A stretch of DNA of 64,000 nt from Cyanobacteria bacterium M5B4 (lineage in GTDB: Bacteria > Cyanobacteriota > Cyanobacteriia > Pseudanabaenales > Pseudanabaenaceae): assembly GCA_002861535.1 (NCBI GenBank), contig PHFO01000001.1, positions 1,858 to 65,857 on the forward strand, read 5' to 3'. The position numbers and the translations under genes are program-made. Under the pieces are notes generated by a model, which did no database searches, was not told where the DNA came from, and worked only from the letters and a program-made list of their open reading frames with translations. Positions within the stretch are counted from its first letter, which is position 1. Every line of letters starts with the position of its first letter. Shown here in pieces: positions 59,282 to 64,000 of the stretch.

Positions 59282-60598
59282 TTAGCTAAGGTTGCGCGGG
59301 GGGATGGCTCTGCCTTGATAGAACTTAGTGCGGAGTTTACCTAAGCCAAGCCCCAAAACTAAGAAAGACAAACCGATCGTGAGCAGAGCTACTTTAGCGA
59401 CAAATAAAATCGCAAAGATGAGGCAGAGAATCGCCAAAGACAGACACAAAACCCGCAAACGATCGATGTTTTGTAAAGCTCCACGACAACTAGCACAGAT
59501 TTCTGTGTGAGAGTGATAACGATCGAGGAGTTGGTCTTTCCTTAACATTGGCGGTAAAACCTGACCAGGGAATGGGTCTACGCCATAGTTGTTAATCCAT
59601 TGATGAAACTCTAATACAAACAAGTCCGCCTTAGTGGGCAAATAAAATGACCGAGCTACTGCGGCACTGCCGCCCCCTGCTGCAAAATAACGTTCTTGAT
59701 GGTGTAAGAAGATTTGATCATCTTCCAAAATCGCGTTTTGTCCAAGATGGGATAACCAACGAGGAGTTAGACGAAAGACTAATCGGGGGAAGAACGAAGG
59801 AAACTTAAAGGGAAAACGAGCAAATAAACGACATCTCCCTTTTTCTATCGGTGTAGCATAAACAACTGTTAAAGTTCTGCCAAACTGTTGAGATGTCAGA
59901 TCATGCCACATCAAATTAGGAGCAATGAAAGTTGTTGTCTGGCTACCTAACTTACCTTGGCGGGGACCTTCTTGCCAAAAACCGATAAAACCATTGCGGT
60001 CTGACTGTAATACCTTTAGTTCTACGGGGCCAGCATTGGCACGATTGCCCACCGATCGATGATGGGTAAAAGGTAAATGACTGGAATCTAAAACATTTTC
60101 TAACAAAGTAAAAGCATCGTAGGGCAAATCACGAAAGGTATCAATACAAACCCAACTGTCAGACTCTTCGTCGATGACAGGTACGATCGGGATCATTCCC
60201 GGGTCTGCTTCAACTCCAGCTTTGCCATAAACAAAGACCAAACCTTGTTTAACCTTTGTACTATGCACTTGGGCACAGGCACGGCGGGAAGTATGGGCAT
60301 CCCCTCCAGGTAACTGCTGGGGAATGTGCAAACACTGACCAGAACGATCGAAAGACCAACCGTGATAAGGACATTCTAAATTGCCGTCTTCATTTATTCT
60401 GCCTTCAGAAAGACTAGCTAAACGATGGGGACAACGATCGGTAAAAGTATTCCATTGACCATCCCACCAAATTACTAAAGGTTGTCCTAGAAGAACAAAA
60501 CGCTGAGGACGGGATCGATCTAAATCCCGTTCATAAAATACAGGATACCAGGCTTCTTGACAGTCAAATACTCCAGGATTTGCTCCACCCAATGTCAT
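59282..60598 (-). CDS. Rieske [2Fe-2S] non-haem iron oxygenase, pheophorbide a oxygenase/Tic55-like
   Basis: Rieske CPHRLASLSEG...CPYHGWSF, mononuclear iron region NVLDSSHLPFTHH, C-terminal CASC and TM anchor. Confidence 0.8.
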   Translation of the reverse strand: MTLGGANPGVFDCQEAWYPVFYERDLDRSRPQRFVLLGQPLVIWWDGQWNTFTDRCPHRLASLSEGRINEDGNLECPYHGWSFDRSGQCLHIPQQLPGGDAHTSRRACAQVHSTKVKQGLVFVYGKAGVEADPGMIPIVPVIDEESDSWVCIDTFRDLPYDAFTLLENVLDSSHLPFTHHRSVGNRANAGPVELKVLQSDRNGFIGFWQEGPRQGKLGSQTTTFIAPNLMWHDLTSQQFGRTLTVVYATPIEKGRCRLFARFPFKFPSFFPRLVFRLTPRWLSHLGQNAILEDDQIFLHHQERYFAAGGGSAAVARSFYLPTKADLFVLEFHQWINNYGVDPFPGQVLPPMLRKDQLLDRYHSHTEICASCRGALQNIDRLRVLCLSLAILCLIFAILFVAKVALLTIGLSFLVLGLGLGKLRTKFYQGRAIPPRNLS

Positions 60599-60735
60599 TA
60601 GACATCCTCTTAATTGGTCAATTTATCCTAAAAGAAATGTCACGATAAAATCAACTTCTTTAGATTGATGTTTTCTCCTGCAAATACCCATAATGTCTTA
60701 CCATAACTTTAGTTTACAACTACCTCATCAGACCT

Positions 60736-62739
60736 ATGACATCCTTTCAAATTCAAACCCCCTGGCCACCAACCGCCGATCAGCCCAGGGCTATTGAACA
60801 ACTCTTAGCCGGATTAGAAAAAGGTTATCGCTATCAAACTCTGCTCGGAGCAACGGGAACGGGCAAAACTATGACCATTGCAAATGTTATTGCTAAGTAT
60901 AAAAGACCAACCTTAGTATTAGCCCATAATAAAACTTTAGCAGCTCAATTGTGTAATGAATTGAGGAGTTTTTTCCCCCATAATGCCGTGGAATATTTTA
61001 TTAGTTATTACGACTACTACCAACCGGAAGCTTACATACCTGTTACTGATACCTATATTGAAAAGAGCGCTTCTATTAACGATGAAATTGATATGTTACG
61101 GCATTCTGCCACCCGATCGTTGTTCGAGCGTCAAGATGTAATTGTAGTTGCTTCCGTCAGTTGTATCTATGGTTTAGGAATTCCCGAAGAGTATCTTAAA
61201 GCTGCAATTCCCCTCCAAGTAGGCAGAGAATTTGACCAGAGACAATTATTAAAAGCCCTTACAGAGGTACAATATGACCGCAATGATATGGAAATAGGCA
61301 GGGGCAAATTTAGGGTTAAAGGGGATATTGTCGAGATTGGTCCTGCCTACGAAGACCGCATTATTAGAGTAGAATTCTTTGGCGATGAAATTGAAGCTAT
61401 CCGCTATATTGATCCCGTGACTGGGGAAATTCTAATGAGTTTAGAGGGGCTGAGTATCTATCCCGCCCGCCACTTTGTTACTCCTAAAGATAGATTAGAG
61501 GAAGCCTGTAACAATATCCAACAGGAATTAGAAGAACGCCTCGCAGAATTGATTAAAGATAACAAACTGCTAGAGGCACAACGTTTGGAACAACGCACCC
61601 GCTACGACTTAGAATTGTTAAGGGAGGTAGGATTTTGCAACGGCGTAGAAAACTATTCTCGCCATCTAGCAGGACGTAAAGCTGGAGAAGCTCCTGCATG
61701 TTTAGTGAATTATTTTCCTAAACACAATTGGCTTTTAGTTGTAGATGAATCCCATGTTTCTATACCCCAAATTAGGGGCATGTACAACGGCGATCGGGCA
61801 AGGAAAATGACCCTAATTGAGCATGGTTTTCGCTTGCCTAGCGCGGCAGATAACCGTCCTCTACGGGCGGAGGAATTTTGGGACATGGTAGAGCAATGTA
61901 TTTTTGTTTCCGCTACTCCAGGAGATTGGGAATTAGAGGTATCCCAGCAGGTAGTGGAGCAGATTATTAGACCGACAGGCGTGCTTGATCCAGAAATATT
62001 TGTCCGACCAACAGATGGTCAGGTTGATGATTTACTGAGTGAAATTAAACTCCGTATTCAACGCAAAGAGCGGGTACTAATTACCACCCTAACTAAGCGC
62101 ATGGCAGAGGATTTAACTACTTATTTTCAAGAACGTCATATCCAGGTGCGCTATCTGCATTCGGATATTAAATCCATCGAGCGCATTGAAATTCTTCAGG
62201 CGTTAAGAAACGGGGATTTTGATGTGTTAATTGGAGTGAATTTATTGAGGGAGGGTTTAGACTTACCAGAAGTATCTTTAGTGGCAATTTTAGATGCCGA
62301 TAAGGAAGGTTTCTTGAGGGCAGAACGATCGTTAATTCAAACCATTGGTAGGGCAGCCCGCAATGTGAATGGACAGGTAATTATGTATGCCGATCGGTTA
62401 ACGGAAAGTATGGATAAGGCAATTACGGAAACTGCCCGCCGTCGTGCTATTCAGCAAGAATATAACGAAAGACATCAAATTACACCAAAGCCCATTGTCA
62501 AACAATCAGGGAATGCTATTTTAGAGTTCCTTTCTGTTTCGCGGCGGTTGAATGAGCAGCAAATCGAATATGTGGTAAATAATAGCCAAGATATTGCTCT
62601 TGATGAACTGCCCGAATTGATCGAAAAGCTAGAACAGCAGATGAAAGAAGCTGCTAAAAAACAAGAGTTTGAACAAGCTGCTGTCCTACGCGATCGGATT
62701 AAGAAACTGAGAGATCGTTTGTTACATCATCCTATCTGA
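60736..62739 (+). CDS. uvrB: excinuclease ABC subunit B
   Basis: [13 protein letters not shown], helicase motifs, C-terminal UVR domain [15 protein letters not shown]. Confidence 0.95.
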   Translation: MTSFQIQTPWPPTADQPRAIEQLLAGLEKGYRYQTLLGATGTGKTMTIANVIAKYKRPTLVLAHNKTLAAQLCNELRSFFPHNAVEYFISYYDYYQPEAYIPVTDTYIEKSASINDEIDMLRHSATRSLFERQDVIVVASVSCIYGLGIPEEYLKAAIPLQVGREFDQRQLLKALTEVQYDRNDMEIGRGKFRVKGDIVEIGPAYEDRIIRVEFFGDEIEAIRYIDPVTGEILMSLEGLSIYPARHFVTPKDRLEEACNNIQQELEERLAELIKDNKLLEAQRLEQRTRYDLELLREVGFCNGVENYSRHLAGRKAGEAPACLVNYFPKHNWLLVVDESHVSIPQIRGMYNGDRARKMTLIEHGFRLPSAADNRPLRAEEFWDMVEQCIFVSATPGDWELEVSQQVVEQIIRPTGVLDPEIFVRPTDGQVDDLLSEIKLRIQRKERVLITTLTKRMAEDLTTYFQERHIQVRYLHSDIKSIERIEILQALRNGDFDVLIGVNLLREGLDLPEVSLVAILDADKEGFLRAERSLIQTIGRAARNVNGQVIMYADRLTESMDKAITETARRRAIQQEYNERHQITPKPIVKQSGNAILEFLSVSRRLNEQQIEYVVNNSQDIALDELPELIEKLEQQMKEAAKKQEFEQAAVLRDRIKKLRDRLLHHPI

Positions 62740-64000
62740 CTTGGATGACACGATTGACATCCGTTGGCGGTGCGGATAACAAAAGCGTAAGATTGTAGTT
62801 GCCCTGGTTTGTCGAGGGCTTAATCTGGATCACGTAGTCTCCACCCTTGGTCAAAATGTTGTCGTAGGTAGAAATACTACTGGCGATCGTGGTCTCCCCT
62901 GGTGCTAACAGATCAAGACTGACTCCTTCTCCAGTCATGGTGAGCTTCAATCTTTGTTCTGGTCTGGCGGTAAAGGTATAACGAATCACCTGGTCTTTTG
63001 TAATTGTGCCTTGCAGTTGCGTCTCCCGATCGTCTGCCAAATTAAGGGAATTGGCAATAATTTGCGCGGGGGTAGCAGGCGGTATAGCAGGATTCTTTTT
63101 CACAGGCACAGCAGATGGTTCTGGTTTGTCATTGTTGATTACAATAACTTCTTTATCTTGTTGTGGCTTAAATAAAATTGCCAGACCGATCGATGCTACA
63201 ACACAAAGTAAACCTATAATTAAAAGACTCGCTCCTGCACTAGATTGTAACTGGGCAGTAGTTATCTTTTTCTGGGGTTTAGTCTTCGACCGCGGTGTAA
63301 TCACAGGTTTAGTCTCAGGAGAAACTAGATAGGCATTCAGAGCTTGTTGTACTTCTTTCACTGATTGATAACGATCGGAAAAACGATAACGCACCATCCT
63401 TGTCAAAACCATTGCCAGACCATTACTGACTTTGGCTTGGTCGCGCCAAACTAATTCTCCGGTATCGGGATCAGTAGGCAAATCCTGGGGCTCAAACCCT
63501 GTCAACGCGCGAATTGCCACCATTCCCGCAGCATAGATGTCACTGGTGTAGTTGGGTCTGCCGGCACATTGTTCACTAGGCATATAGCCAGGGGTACCGA
63601 TCGTGACTGTAAAACGGGATTCTCCTTCGACTGTTTCCAACTTGGCATTTTGTTCTGTCATTGCTCTAACAGCCCCAAAGTCGATCAAAACAAACTTGTT
63701 GTCTTTATGCCTGCGGATGAGATTGTCTGGCTTAATATCCCGATGGATGACATTTTCCGCATGGACAAACTCTAAGACAGTAAGAATATCTTGCAAAATT
63801 TTGATCACTTCTCCCTCTGGCAGTTGTTTACCTCTAGTTTTGATCTGACTAGCATTGGTAATGTCGGCACTAGTTACTTCTTCCGTATCGGCAGGCAGGG
63901 GCAGTTCTAGTTCTTTATTTAGGGGCGTGCCTTCAATGAACTCTTGCACTAAAAAGAATTCGTTTTCTTCCTCAAAATAAGCCAGTAACTGGGGAATTTG
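62732..64000 (-). CDS. serine/threonine protein kinase with TM segment and extracytoplasmic C-terminal domain, 5'-partial
   Basis: [22 protein letters not shown]. The frame is open to the window end ([24 protein letters not shown]). TM segment is [22 protein letters not shown]. Confidence 0.9.
   Translation of the reverse strand, partial: QIPQLLAYFEEENEFFLVQEFIEGTPLNKELELPLPADTEEVTSADITNASQIKTRGKQLPEGEVIKILQDILTVLEFVHAENVIHRDIKPDNLIRRHKDNKFVLIDFGAVRAMTEQNAKLETVEGESRFTVTIGTPGYMPSEQCAGRPNYTSDIYAAGMVAIRALTGFEPQDLPTDPDTGELVWRDQAKVSNGLAMVLTRMVRYRFSDRYQSVKEVQQALNAYLVSPETKPVITPRSKTKPQKKITTAQLQSSAGASLLIIGLLCVVASIGLAILFKPQQDKEVIVINNDKPEPSAVPVKKNPAIPPATPAQIIANSLNLADDRETQLQGTITKDQVIRYTFTARPEQRLKLTMTGEGVSLDLLAPGETTIASSISTYDNILTKGGDYVIQIKPSTNQGNYNLTLLLSAPPTDVNRVIQVR

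Noticed and set aside
60710-60722. The TAGT-N5-ACTA palindrome just upstream of uvrB as a LexA box.
   Set aside because: Only 4-bp arms are present, and it does not match the cyanobacterial RGTAC-N3-DGTWC consensus well. It is likely chance.

Overview
This is a cyanobacterial chromosomal core region, densely coding on both strands. I see no transposase, phage genes, cas genes, CRISPR array or obvious defence island. Diagnostic genes are psbK (a 42-aa ORF missing from the supplied track), ycf3, a ycf46-like AAA ATPase, chlI, pcyA, cpcT and the alkane pair ado-aar. Housekeeping genes include pgk, rplI, lpdA, clpP, pheS, recF, rimM, pyrD, lysS, nadA, uvrB and sufS. There are two tRNAs (Leu-CAG, Asp-GUC) and a cobalamin riboswitch in front of a hupE-cobW-cobG-like operon. 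Four things need a second look. (1) At least nine conserved genes, including essential pgk and lysS, are split by single frameshifts. Eight of these lie at short homopolymer runs, seven of them restored by adding one base. The ninth is a 4-bp GTAC tandem duplication in the ycf46-like gene. (2) A MITE-like repeat family (termini CAGGACTTACG / CGTAAGTCCTG, two internal hairpins) occurs at about nine intergenic sites, three of them within 0-5 nt of a stop codon. (3) The palindrome CGATCG (HIP1 core) is over-represented by more than an order of magnitude. (4) There are several unlisted small ORFs and leader structures, and a Pho-box-like array upstream of an RTX-tailed secreted 5'-nucleotidase. 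No clearly novel multi-gene system is evident. All functional calls come from motif recognition by eye, with no database search.
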